A DNA stretch of 63,892 bases, filler included, from Reticulomyxa filosa (taxonomy: Eukaryota > Protista > Foraminifera), in the NCBI GenBank assembly GCA_000512085.1. It is 20 parts of 20 records of this genome, joined end to end, with 100 filler letters (N's around TTAATTAATTAA, not from the genome) between each part and the next. Parts side by side here need not be neighbours in the genome. Positions count along the whole stretch, not along the records: positions 24,333 to 27,045 come from ASPP01007347.1; positions 27,146 to 31,798 come from ASPP01018410.1; positions 31,899 to 33,461 come from ASPP01027245.1; positions 33,562 to 38,992 come from ASPP01047411.1; 16 more parts are not named here. The stretch is one strand, 5' to 3'. The translations under genes were made by a program, and so were the position numbers. This document shows, piece after piece, positions 24,333 through 36,500 of this stretch (position 1 is the stretch's first letter; each line of letters opens with the position of its first letter). A model generated the notes under the pieces. The model saw only the letters and a list, made by a program, of their open reading frames with translations. It made no database searches and was not told the origin of the DNA.

Positions 24333-24884
24333 CTTATTTTCAAGCATTTTAAAGCCTTATTATTATTACTTCACACGTGACAAGTTTGGATAATTGTTCG
24401 TTGCTTGTCTTTCGAAATTAAAACGAAAAACAAAGATAGATGAAGGATAAAAAAATTAAAAAAATGCAACTACACCCTTTTTGAACGTCTTTTTAACTGA
24501 CACATTTTTGTATTACTTTCTATATACTTGTAATTTTTGCTTTTTTTTGTATTTGAACGAATTGACAAAAATCGATTGAACGCTAATTGAATTTGAAGAC
24601 GGAAAAAATAGACAACAAGCGCAAGATTCAATTGATGTTCAATTGATTTTTGTCAATTCGTTCAAATACAAAAAAAGCAAAAATTACAAGTATATAGAAA
24701 GTAATACAAAAATGTGTCAGTTAAAAAGACGTTCAAAAAGGGTGTAGTTGCATTTTTTTAATTTTTTTATCCTTCATCTATCTTTGTTTTTCGTTTTAAT
24801 TTCGAAAGACAAGCAACGAACAATTATCCAAACTTGTCACGTGTGAAGTAATAATAATAAGGCTTTAAAATGCTTGAAAATAAG
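24333..24884. repeat. Long near-perfect inverted repeat (about 260-bp arms, about 30-nt loop) at a contig edge
   Basis: 24333-~24592 is the reverse complement of ~24625-24884. The outer arms differ only in one T8/A7 run, while the inner ~25 bp are imperfect. Confidence 0.95.
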
Positions 24885-25827
24885 CTTGTTAGTCAATTTT
24901 AACGTTGAACGTTCAATTATTCAATAAAAGATAAATACATCATATAATTATATTTGTTTGTATTCTCTTTTCTGACAATTAAACACATTTGTTTGTTGAT
25001 AATAACATTTATTATCTACTTGCAGACCTAACAATATCCAAAGCGGGTTTTAGCAACATTAAGCATCATTTTATTCAATTATGTCATACTTGTCTGGAGG
25101 CAAAGATATTCCGAGCATTTACTTCAAAAAACTTTTCCAAAAATTACTTTTTGTACAAAAAATCTAACGATTCCATGACAAAATACACATTGGCGACAAC
25201 TGGTAGCACTGAACCAGATTGGAACGTTTTGTTAAGATATATGTTCTTAGTATTTTCGCTATTGGTTTGTTATTTCGACTATCATAAGACTTATGCTTAC
25301 CAGTGGTTGCAATATTATCTTTGCAAGTTCTTTTTTTTCTTCGCTATTGCCTCTTTTTTCTCTTTGGTTTCTCCGTATATTTGCTGTCACTATTTGCTTC
25401 TAGCGTTTGGTGTTCTTTCTAGTATTTGATGTGCTAAATCGGGAACTATTTTGATATTTGTCATTGCAAGATTTGGTTGACATATTTCAGATTGTTGAGA
25501 CTTTCGAATCTACCAGAAAAAATACCAAAATCTGATTTCAAAAGTGTCATAAATTTTTGAAATTATGTTAAATCGTCTGAAATAACGATAAGTTGTGTTC
25601 CTACTAAATGTTACTGTTATACGTTGTGATATTTACATTTTTCAGCCAATTAAAATTAACTTATTTATGTTGTTTATTATTGAAGGAAAATTTTCATCCT
25701 AGTGAAACAGTTTCAACAAAAAAAAGAGAAAAGAAAGTCAGTCGCGAAAGAAATAAGGGAAAAACATTGGTTTCACATTTCCATCACAAAATATGCATTA
25801 AAAAAATAACCACAAAAAAACAAAAAG

Positions 25828-27013
25828 TTATTGCTTCGTTGCATTGGCATTCGATTGTCCATTAGTCGAAGTTTGTGTACTCTGGTTTAAGATGTTTCGA
25901 AGATTATCTGCATCAGCTCTACTGAAAGTATATCCCCACACACGATTATCCACTCCATGATATGGAGTTGCCCCCTCTGTTGCTTTTTTACCTAAATCCT
26001 GTTCTGATTCAATTGCATCAAAATATTTTGCATCAGTCGGATTTGATAGATTCGGAACAAATGGGGGTTGTTGTTTGTGCAATGCATCAAAATCTAATCC
26101 CTTTTTTTATTATTATTGTTGTTATTATTATTTACAATTAAGCGTAATACTATTGTCGTTTTTTTTGATTCAAACAAAAAGAAAAGAATATGCACCAAAC
26201 TTTAAACCATTGATGCTTTTTGATTTGGTCAATGCCAATTCTTCTGTGAGCAGGACATACCAATCGCTTCATCAAGTCGAGTGCGTGTTTAGTAACTTTC
26301 GCCTCAGGAGGTATTTTGAAATATTTTTCATAACGTACAATTTTGCGACACGTCGCCAGTGGATCTTTGGCATGGAAAGGCGCAAAACCGACCAAACATT
26401 CAAACATGATCACACCCAAGGACCACCAGTCTACCATCTTGTCATACCCTTTTTGATACAACACTTCAATGGCAATGTAATCTGGGGTCCCAACAGTGCT
26501 AAACAACTTTTTGCGATCCAAATGAGTGCCTTTTCCCCCAGCTGAGTTTTCTTCTTCTTTATTCATTTGTTCAAAATCTTCTTTCTGAAAAGTTTTTGTT
26601 TTTTTTTTTTTGATTGATTGTGTATTGTGTGAAAAGAAATGTTATTGGAACAATCGATTGTATATTTTGTCGTCTCTTTTTTTTTTTTTTTTTTTAATGT
26701 TATTAAAAAACAAAACTCGCAAAGTTGCAACATATTTTTGCCAATTGCCTAAGTTTTTATCGTTGAGCGATTGAAAAGACTTTGCTAAACCAAAATCGGA
26801 CAAGCGAATGTGTCCGTCAGTTCCAATGAGAACATTGTCTGGTTTCAAGTCTCTATGCACAAAGCCTAGTTCATGTACATGGTCAATGGCTGATGCCAAT
26901 TCGCTTATGTAAAAACGTGTGTCGTTGTCACTGAGGATGTCCTTCTTGATCAACAATCCCATTAAATCTCCACCACCGCAATATTCCATCACCAAATACA
27001 AGTACGCCGCATC
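25828..27013 (-). CDS. NDR/LATS-family AGC Ser/Thr kinase, 5'-partial
   Basis: Exons 27013-26717, 26584-26201 and 26100-25828. [14 protein letters not shown] plus insert, [29 protein letters not shown] tail PFVP...WGYTF. Confidence 0.9.
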
Positions 27014-27216
27014 CTTTGGTGTTTTATTTATATAAAAAAAAAAAANNNNNNNNNNNNNNNNNNNNNNNNNNNNNNNNNNNNNNNNNNNNTTAATTAATTA
27101 ANNNNNNNNNNNNNNNNNNNNNNNNNNNNNNNNNNNNNNNNNNNNTTTTTTAGTATACGTACATATATGCATATATATTTTAAAAAAAATGAATGAATGA
27201 ATGAATGAATGAATAG

Positions 27217-27539
27217 GTTCGTTCCACTTTGAAACAATTGTGTCGTGATTGGAGTCATGAAGGTACGAAAGAACGCAAGCAGAGCTATGGACCCATTTTG
27301 GATGCATTGACCACGCTGTATAGCCATTTGTCATTTGAAGAACGTGCCAACATCCGCGTTTTGAATCCTGGATGTGGGCTTGGGAGGCTGCCTTGGGAAA
27401 TTGCAAAATTGGGATTTCGATGCGAAGGCAATGAGTTTAGTTATTTCATGCTGCTTGTCTCGCATTACATGCTTAACCAATGTCCTGCTGCCAATCAACA
27501 TATCATTTACCTTGGGCTGATACTGTTATACATATACAA

Positions 27540-27570
<31 letters not shown>

Positions 27571-28177
27571 ATGTATACGTATATGCATGAGTGTGCACTA
27601 TGTATATGCACGTGCGCACGTTTCTTTCTCTTTTTAAAACTACTATATACTATATTAGACCACGAATGTGAAAACATTGGCGGATCAATTTCGAGGGATA
27701 AAAATTCCGGATGTGTCGCCCACAGATTTGGTGCTAACAACCAAGCGATATGATTTAATGTCAATGGTGGCTGGCGATTTCATTGAAGTGTATCCTTCGA
27801 ATCAAGAGTATCACGACTTTTTTAACTGCGTTGTGTCCTGCTTTTTTCTGGACACGGCACACAACATTTTGGAATTTTTAGACGCCATTTCGTTGATCTT
27901 GAAAACGGATGGCTATTTGGTTAACATTGGTCCGTTGTTATATCATTTTGAAGACATGAGTGATCCCAGCATCGAATTGACTTGGGAAGAAGTTAAAGCT
28001 TCTTTGCCCCACTTTGGATTCGAATTGGTCCAAGAAAAATTAACTCTTCCTTGTGTTTACACCAACAATCCCAATTCTATGTTGCAAACCTCATACGATT
28101 GCGTCTTTTTCATTGCCAAAAAAATTAAGAGTTCGAATGGTGCTTTGAGTGATTACTTCCTCAAGCCAGTTGAATGA
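27217..28177 (+). CDS. CARNMT1: Carnosine N-methyltransferase (N2227-like), 5'-partial
   Basis: RDWS.EG..ER, PGCGLGRL, GNEFSYFM, AGDF.EVY, CFFLDTAHN, NIGPLLYHF. An intron ends at 27658. A one-base frameshift near 27511 would restore IYPW if CC is really CCC. Confidence 0.88.
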
Positions 28178-28546
28178 AAAATCAAAGTGAGTCCAATTTT
28201 TTTCTTTCCCTTTTTTTCAATGTGCTTGTTGAGACAAAAGCATCCACATTTGATAACATTACTTTTTATTCCTCATCTTTTTTTTAAAAGTTTAAGAACA
28301 CAAATTCTTCAATAATTTTGTTTTAACAAGTTTTTTTTTAAAAAAAAAAAAAATGCTTTTATGAACAAATGGAAGTGGTTTCCGATTTGTGATCGAGCAC
28401 AAGGACGAGTCTCAAAATTAAAAAAAAAATTTCCTCCCCTTTCGGCAAAAGGCACAAGTAACACGTAAAACACACACACACACGCGCACGAGAGCGAACA
28501 CGAACATAAACACATAAACCAAAACCACAAATTGTTAAAAGAAAGA

Positions 28547-30727
28547 CTATGCTTCCATATAACCTGGGATCATTTGCCTGAGTCGTTTGGGCAACAATTC
28601 TTGCGCCAGGGCAGACCCTTTTTCAGGGGAATAATGTTTGACGTGAGTTTTTGGCCACACGTGTGGCTTGTAGAGAGACCGTCCCAGCAAAAGCCTTGCA
28701 CATTCTTGCACACTTTCGATAATGGACGGATGAGGGTGTGCAGTCTTTTCCAATTCGCGGATGGACTCTCCTCGTCGAATTAAGAGCGCACCACTGCCGA
28801 TGACACTGGAGGCATCGACACCAACTGCACGCATTCCCAAAAGTATTTTTTCTTCGTCATCCGTGCAAATCATTTTGATAAAGCCAGCACGTTTAGGTTC
28901 AATTGGGCCGGAATGTCTTTCCGACCAATCGATCACGGCACGATTGATCAGGCCAAATCTCAAAAATCCGGATTTGTAGCAAAGACGACGAGCTATTGCC
29001 TCTTGCTCGTTCATGCCAACGCAGGCAATTTCAATTTTGATTATTGATTTCATTGCAATCTTTTATTTGTGTATCTTTTTTTTTTTTTTTTTAAAAAATA
29101 CACAAATAAACGGTATTAATATATTATTACCTGGTCTGACAAACATAACACTGGAAATGTGTTTATACTCCAGTTTTGTTGCAGGATTTTTTGTGCCAAA
29201 CATTCGTTCCACAGCATGGCGTCCTTCCATTTCTGCTACCTATGCAAATGTGTGTGTATACGTATATAAAGATTGTGCAACATGTTGTACGTATACGCAT
29301 AACGCTTCCCCCCTCCCCCTTCCACTCTATCTCTTTTCAAACTTTACACAAAAAAAAAAAGTATATATGTATGTATATATAAAAATGAAATAAAACTATA
29401 CTGCAACAAGACCCCATTTTCCCAAAGCGTCTCCGGCGGCGTAGATATGTGGGGACGTGACACTTCGCAGATGTTCATCGACTTCCAAAGTGCCGCGATC
29501 GTTCATTTTGACATTGGCCTTGTCGAGTTGCAAGGAGCCGACATTGGGGACCCTCCCAATGGCCAAGATGACTTTGTCGACGCAAAGGCTTTTCGTCTCG
29601 ACAACTTCGCACTCTATGTCGTCCATTTCCCACTATTGGTATAGTAAAGCCTGGTTTTAAAATGAATAGTTTGCAATGCAATGAGACTTAACCGTGTTTA
29701 ATGGGAACATTGGGATGTTTGAATCGAATGACATCATAGACACATTTGACTTGATACTTGGAATTGGAATTGGTGTTGGCATTGGCATTGGGTATCAAAG
29801 AAATGTCTCTCATGACGACGCGATTCATGACTGAGACATTGGCTGACTCCAAGTTGTCAGTGAGGAATGAAGACAAGTCTTCGTCTTCTTGCGGCAGCAG
29901 ACGATCACGATACTCATTGAACAAGTACACCGGCTTCACCACGCCGTAGTTGCTGAAGATCGTCGCAAACTCGCATCCGATCACACCGCCGCCGTAGACC
30001 AACATCGACGTCGGGAACTCGTTCATCCCAAATGGAATGTCGTCCGACGTCAGTACGTGCTCATGATCCGCAGTGAACTTTTGGTGTGTCCGTGGTCGGC
30101 TCCCTTTTTTTTAAAAAAAAAAAATTGTTATTAGTTTGCAATGAACTTTTTTTTTTTTTTTAAAAAAGGGACCCCCCCCTCTTCCTTAAAAAAAAAAAAA
30201 AAACGTACCAGTGGCAATGAGAAAGTAATCCGCAGTGAGTGTTTCAAACTGTGTTGATTGGTTGAAATTGGGCGATTTGGACAGACGAATACTTTTTGGC
30301 GAAGTGAATTGTCCATAGCCATCGAACAGTTGAACGCAGCCTCCACCCCCGTCTTTTTTTTTGTTGTTACACATTTCACACGGGCGTAAAAAAAAAAAAC
30401 AAAAACAAAACAAAACAAAACAACAGCAGTGAAACACAAGGGCTAACCTTCGTCTTGAGAATAACGCATACTCCCCAAATTCGACAATTGATGCACATAG
30501 TGTCGGTGCTTCACTGCGATCGAGTCTTTCACTCGCTTCGGGATTTCGCTAAATGACGATTGATACTTCTCCGCTCCTACTATCGCTCTTATATGTCGCG
30601 TTGTCTCGACATTTGCCACATTAACTTTTTTTTTTTTTTTTTTTAAAGTTAAAAGTTGAAGTTAAAGTTACCCCCCCCCATCAAAGATTGAAATAACATA
30701 TTTACAGATAATAAATGATTATATCAC

Positions 30728-30758
<31 letters not shown>

Positions 30759-31171
30759 TAATGTTCGTTTTTGTTTTGTTGTATCTTTGAAATAACTTTA
30801 CTTGATAACGCCCCATTGTGAATGGTTGCTCCTCCTATCCATTCCTTTGGATTCACCACTGCTACTCTTTTGCCGTAATCCCATGCGCGCACTGCTGCTG
30901 CAAACCTTTACATTTTTTGTTTATGTTAGGTCTCTTATATATATATGTATATATACACATGTATTGTCTTGCTTTCTTCTGTTTCTTATACCTACCCTGC
31001 TGCGCCACTACCCAGGATACACAGATCAAAGTGATTGCTCTTTTCACTCGAGTTCGAACGCCGCTGCAAAAACGCATTTTTTGCCGATGGAAGCACATTG
31101 AGTCCAGAGCAAGGCAAATGATTCAAGTGCTTCTGGTGACGAAAAGGGAGACGAAGCGTCTTCCGAAACAT
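28547..31171 (-). CDS. Pyridine nucleotide-disulfide oxidoreductase family flavoprotein (SthA/DLD-like, lacking both redox cysteines), multi-exon
   Basis: Spliced: DLCILGSGAAG|FAAA...GGATIHNGALSSK...LIATG|SRP...GGGVIGCEFATIF...AIGRVPN...IYAAGD...AHPHPSIIE. Arg-rich N-terminal presequence-like segment; frameshift near 30592. Confidence 0.85.
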
Positions 31172-31426
31172 CGCGGGAGGATAATAATGCGTATGTGTTA
31201 TAATGTCCCCCAAAATTTAAATTTTTTTGTTGTTTACAGACTTCTTTAAAAAATTTGCTCATTTGCAATCCTTTTCCTCCCTTCCTAATTTTGTGATTTG
31301 CAAAACAATATACTTTTTAAAATAAGAAATGCATTCTCAAAGTTCAGCCAAACAGTTATAGAGCTGGTGTGGTCCTTTTTCCAGAAAAGAAACTTGTAAA
31401 GAAAACCACGTTTCACCAAAGCGACA

Positions 31427-31730
31427 ATGGAGAATGTAAAAGAATTAACAAAGGTTATAATCACGGATGAGTTACGTAAGGAACATTATTTCGTTTGAGC
31501 ATTGGAAAATAAAATTTGTATGCACTTGTAAAAAGACTGGCACAGCTAAAAAAATACCTTGCATTACAAAAACTGGAGCCGATTCTAAGGAAGCGAAGAA
31601 AAGGAGATTTGTTTGCACAAAAGCTGATTGCGCTATTACCCCATGAGGATGGAGGCAAAAGGATAAATGATACCGTCATTGATCAAGTGTGTCGAATAGC
31701 AGATGCTTATTGCACTGACACATTTGGATT
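31427..31730 (+). CDS. 5' part of a hypothetical gene, head-to-head with the flavoprotein gene
   Basis: ATG GAG AAT... followed by a protein-like exon LAQLKKYLAL...RIADAYCTDTFG; splice structure unresolved. Confidence 0.3.
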
Positions 31731-32082
31731 TGTCTTCCACTATTATCAGTTCTTTTTTTTTTTATCCCTTCCCCTCACTAAAAAAAAAAAAAAAAAAANN
31801 NNNNNNNNNNNNNNNNNNNNNNNNNNNNNNNNNNNNNNNNNNTTAATTAATTAANNNNNNNNNNNNNNNNNNNNNNNNNNNNNNNNNNNNNNNNNNNNTA
31901 ACACGACAAAAATATTCAACTGCATTAAATTAACATAAAAAACAACCAGTGATTTTTCCTTCGTCAAACAGAGTCTTAAATTATAGAACTGTTTGAAGGA
32001 AATAGTTAGAATGTGTGATTTTATATCAGGTAATAATGTAAAGCAGTCAGTTGTGAGATTTATATGTTATACCAAGACATTT

Positions 32083-33191
32083 TTACCATAAAAAATCGAA
32101 TACGATAATATTAAAGTCATTGATCCATCCAATCTTTTTAACACATGACGTTCGTAGCCATTGTTGAATAACCATTTCAACACAATCTAATCTCTATTAT
32201 TTTATTTTATTTTTTTGTTGGATTGTATTATTTTTTAGTATATCAAAAGAAAAGTCTACCATTTGAATAATATCATTGACTTTTATTTTCAAATGTCTTA
32301 CGATAATGTTTCCCGAAATTCCACCAATGATATGAATCTCTGTATTGTCTGCATTGAGAATAGCACAAGTTTTGAAATAAAAGGCAGGTAGCGTATGTGG
32401 ACATAGTTTCCATCGTTTTGTTTTGATGCAATAAACTTTCACGCTGCTACTGTGTGTGCCATTGCAACATCCTCCAAATATAATGACAAAGCCATCGATA
32501 CAAACAAATGGATAATCAAATGCATGATCCAATTCACGATCAATTTTAAATTTTGTGCTCTCCCATGTGTTATTGTGTTCATCAAATCTAACAACCACCT
32601 GGGAATTATAATTAAATAATCTCAATTCATTTTTGTTGTCATTGTTCGTGTTAAATATGCAATGGTTACCAACAAATAGATAAAATGGCAGTGTATGTTT
32701 GGCAAGCATATGTAATGACTTTGAATCCAAAACCATTATTTGATTGGGCGGATATGTAACAAAGAGCAAATGGTTGTTACTTCCACCTATCAATGTGGCC
32801 ACATTACTCATATCATTTTCTGTATTTTCAATTGATTGTGGTGCCTCCACCCATTTGTTAATATTGGATCTCTTTGTTCGGGTATGTCCTCCCAAACACT
32901 TTGATATTTCATCATCAATGTATGATTCTGGGTTCTTCCCCCAAAAGACAACAACACTACTTGTTTGTTATCGGGCTCTGTGTACCATTTTATAAGTGTA
33001 ATTCCAAATGCAGCGACGCCGTCTAAATATTCGGCTATCTTTTTGTATTTATTTTGCACTGTGTGATAGGAATAGATTATCCTGCGCTCGTCTCCACAGC
33101 AAATTAGAATCTCATCCCCAAAACATACACATTTGGGGTAGCGAAATTGAAATGGAAGTGACAATAATCTTTTGAAAACAGATTCAGCCAT
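32083..33191 (-). CDS. Kelch-like beta-propeller protein (frameshift near 32880) with C-terminal helical box
   Basis: LSFGG, IIFGG and HIIGG kelch-type motifs; last exon VEMVIQQWLRTSCVKKIGWINDFNIIV. Confidence 0.7.
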
Positions 33192-33561
33192 GTCACAATA
33201 AGGGCTGAATGTGATTGCGTTTAAATAAGTTTTTAAAAAAAAAGGGGGATCTCTAGAAATCGAGTTTTACAAACTGAACTTAATTGCCAACAGTGTTCAT
33301 ATATAAAAGAGTGTTGAATAACTTGTATTGGTTGTACACATGATCATTCCTTGCTAAAAAAAAAAGAAAAAGCATTTGCAAGACATGGTAAAACATTTTG
33401 GAAACATGTGTCAATTCTTGTGCAGTAACATCACCTCTTTTGGCGACTTTGAAAGTTTTGCNNNNNNNNNNNNNNNNNNNNNNNNNNNNNNNNNNNNNNN
33501 NNNNNTTAATTAATTAANNNNNNNNNNNNNNNNNNNNNNNNNNNNNNNNNNNNNNNNNNNN

Positions 33562-36500
33562 ATGGGACGCTTGTTGTTTAAGAGTTGTCGAATACGTTGC
33601 TTTGCCAATTTCTCGATTTGGGTCGGCAGCAAGTGATTCAGGTCATAGCAGGCCTCCAATACAAAAAATGTCGCGATGATCAAATTCGAAGATGTCAATT
33701 TCATCGTTCTTGATTTAATCCACTTTGGCTATTTGTTTCGTTTCTGTGTCGTCATCCACCACAGCGATTTGTGTTTGTTTCTCCAACACCAGTTCTTGAA
33801 GCCATCATTTTCTGGCCATTTCCAAACTCTGTTGTTCTTGTGCTAATTCTTTGATTGTGCCGTCCACTGGTTGTTTTAACGCATTGGCACCTCTCTTTTC
33901 CAATTCGTTTCGCAATATCAAGTTGGTGGCAATGACTCGACGCAATGCTGCTCTCATCGCATCTGGTTTTTCGCTTCTTCCGTTTCTTGCGTTGGATATC
34001 CTGCATATCAGAACGGAAGTGGGGCTTGATCAACGGATCATTGAGCAGGTCTTGCTCTCGTTGTACTGGTAATTAGAAGTGTTCCAAAGGCCGAACGTAA
34101 AAGACGCCACGATAAGCTTCGCCACTGTCCAAAAACTCCTCCAACAACTCTTATCGATAACGTATCAAATATTTCCAAACGAACCGCAAATTGATCGCCG
34201 AATTTGTGGTGAGCAGCAGTTGTTCGATCAATTCATCTCGCTTCGTAATTGCGCTTTTGTTTTCGTGCGTGTCTTTGGCCGTAATCAAAGCTAACTTGCG
34301 TGCTTTCTTCTCCAAGACGCTGCTGTCTTCTCGCGTTAGTCACCTCGCGACGGAACTTTTGAATGATGTTCATTTGCCTTTGCGGCGAACCAACGAAAAG
34401 ACTTGAAGATCTCCATTCAATGATCCACATTCGTCCGTTCTTTGGATAGTTGGGTTTCATATATATCTAAGCTCTTGTCGATAAATTGAGCAATAAACGA
34501 CGATGTATATAGCTCTTGGCCCTGTCTTCTTCGTTGGTCATTGGTCATCACGCGCAAAACGTTATGTAATAACATGAAAGCAACACTTGCGATGATAGAA
34601 CAAGTGCGGAGTGCTTCATACGTCCAAGGCATCGTTACAAATTTGTAACGACGTCGAGTATGTTGGCGAATACGTTAAATTGACCATTGGCAAATATGTT
34701 GGCGAGTAAATTTGTAATTGTGGAGCACCAGTTGGTGAGAATAGTTTGGATTGAATGTTGGAGCCTTTGGGAATAAGTTATGCTGTCCGTTGGCGATTGT
34801 TTGGCGAGTATGTCGGAGCCCGTGGTGAATAGTTGGTGAGAATGTTCGTGTTATGTTGGGATCTCGTTGGGAAATACGTTGGCGAATATGTCAGAGAAAA
34901 TATTGATGCATCCGTTGGTGAGTAAGTAGGAATACGTTGTAACTGTTGGCGCGTTAGTTGGCAACTTCGTTGGCAAGTACGTGGGACTATATATGTCGGG
35001 AACCCGTTGAGATATGTTGGACATAATGTCAGCTCATCCATTGGGGCATTATTGGAGAATAAGTTGGCAACTGCGTGCGTGAATCGGTCGGTGATTCCGT
35101 TGATGAATAGGTTGGCGAGTACGTTAGACTAATAATGTTGGGGCGTTCGTTAAATATGTTGGAGATAAGATTGCATCCGTTGGAGTATTTGTTGGAGAAT
35201 AAGTTGGACTGTACGTTGGAGCGCCAGTTGTTGATCATTGAATATTAAGTCGGACTGTCTGTTGGTGATTGTGTCGTAGGCTTGTTGGAGCACAGTTGGG
35301 GAATATGTTGGTGCACCCCGTTGCAAAGCAGTCAGTGAGTACGTTGGAGCATCTGTTAGTGAACACGTTGGAGCATCAGTCGGTGAATGTGCGAGGTATT
35401 TGTTGGAGACTACGTTGGAGCGATTGTTGATTCGTCGTTGGAGAAAAGGTAGTGAGATGTTGGAGTGCCGTTGGGGGATATGTTGGTGAGTATGTTGGCG
35501 CGTTAGTTGGAGACTCCGTTGGTGCATTTGTCGGTGATAATGTTGATGCGCCCGTTGGCGAAATGTTGGAGAAAAGTTGGCGACTGCGTGGATGCATTGG
35601 TTGGTGACCGGCTGGGGCATTTGTCGGTAAATAATTCAGTGAGTAGGTGGGTATATATGTTGGAACGCTCGTGTGGAAATGTTGTAGAGAAGATCGGGTC
35701 CGTTGGAACATTTGTTGGAATAAGTGACTAATGTGGAACTCAGCGAAGTTGGTGCGCTCGTGGAATATATTGGAGGAAGCAGGCTTGCGTTGGTCCGTTG
35801 GTTGTAAGCTGGTGAATATATTGTGGATAATGTTGATGCACCCGTTGGCGACTGCATGGTGGTGACTTCGTTGGCGCATTTGTTGGTAAATAAGTTGGAG
35901 AATGATTGGATGTCGGAGCATCCGTTGGCGACTGAATGTCGGAGCACCAGTCGGTGAATGTGTTGTGGCATCAGTCGGTGAATCTTGAGTTTGGACTTTG
36001 TGTCGACGAATTGTTGTAGAAACGTTGGCATTGCGTGTGTGCATTGGTCTGGACTCCGTTGGCGAATATGTCGGAGAAAATGTTGGTGCACCCGTTGGTA
36101 GTATGTTGGAGAATATGTTGTTGACGTTGGCGATTTGGTTGGCACTCCATTGGTGAATACGTAGTGCTAAATGTCATAGCACCCGTTGGAGAATAGGTTG
36201 TATAGAATGTCGGAGTCCGTTGGGGCATTCGTTGGCGGATAAGTTGGACTGAATGTCGGAGCACCTGTTGGTGAATATGTTGGAGAAAAGGTTGGTCTTT
36301 GTGTTGGAGCATCCGTTGGAGAATATGTTGGAGAATACGTTGGCGACTGCGTGGATGCATTGGTTGGTGACTCCGTTGGTGAATACGTTGGTGTTAAATG
36401 TCGGGGCACCTGTTGGTGAATATGTTGGAGCGCTTGTTGTAGCACCTCTGTCGGAGAAAAGGTTAGTGAAAACGTTAGAGCGCTCGTTGAGGAATACGTT

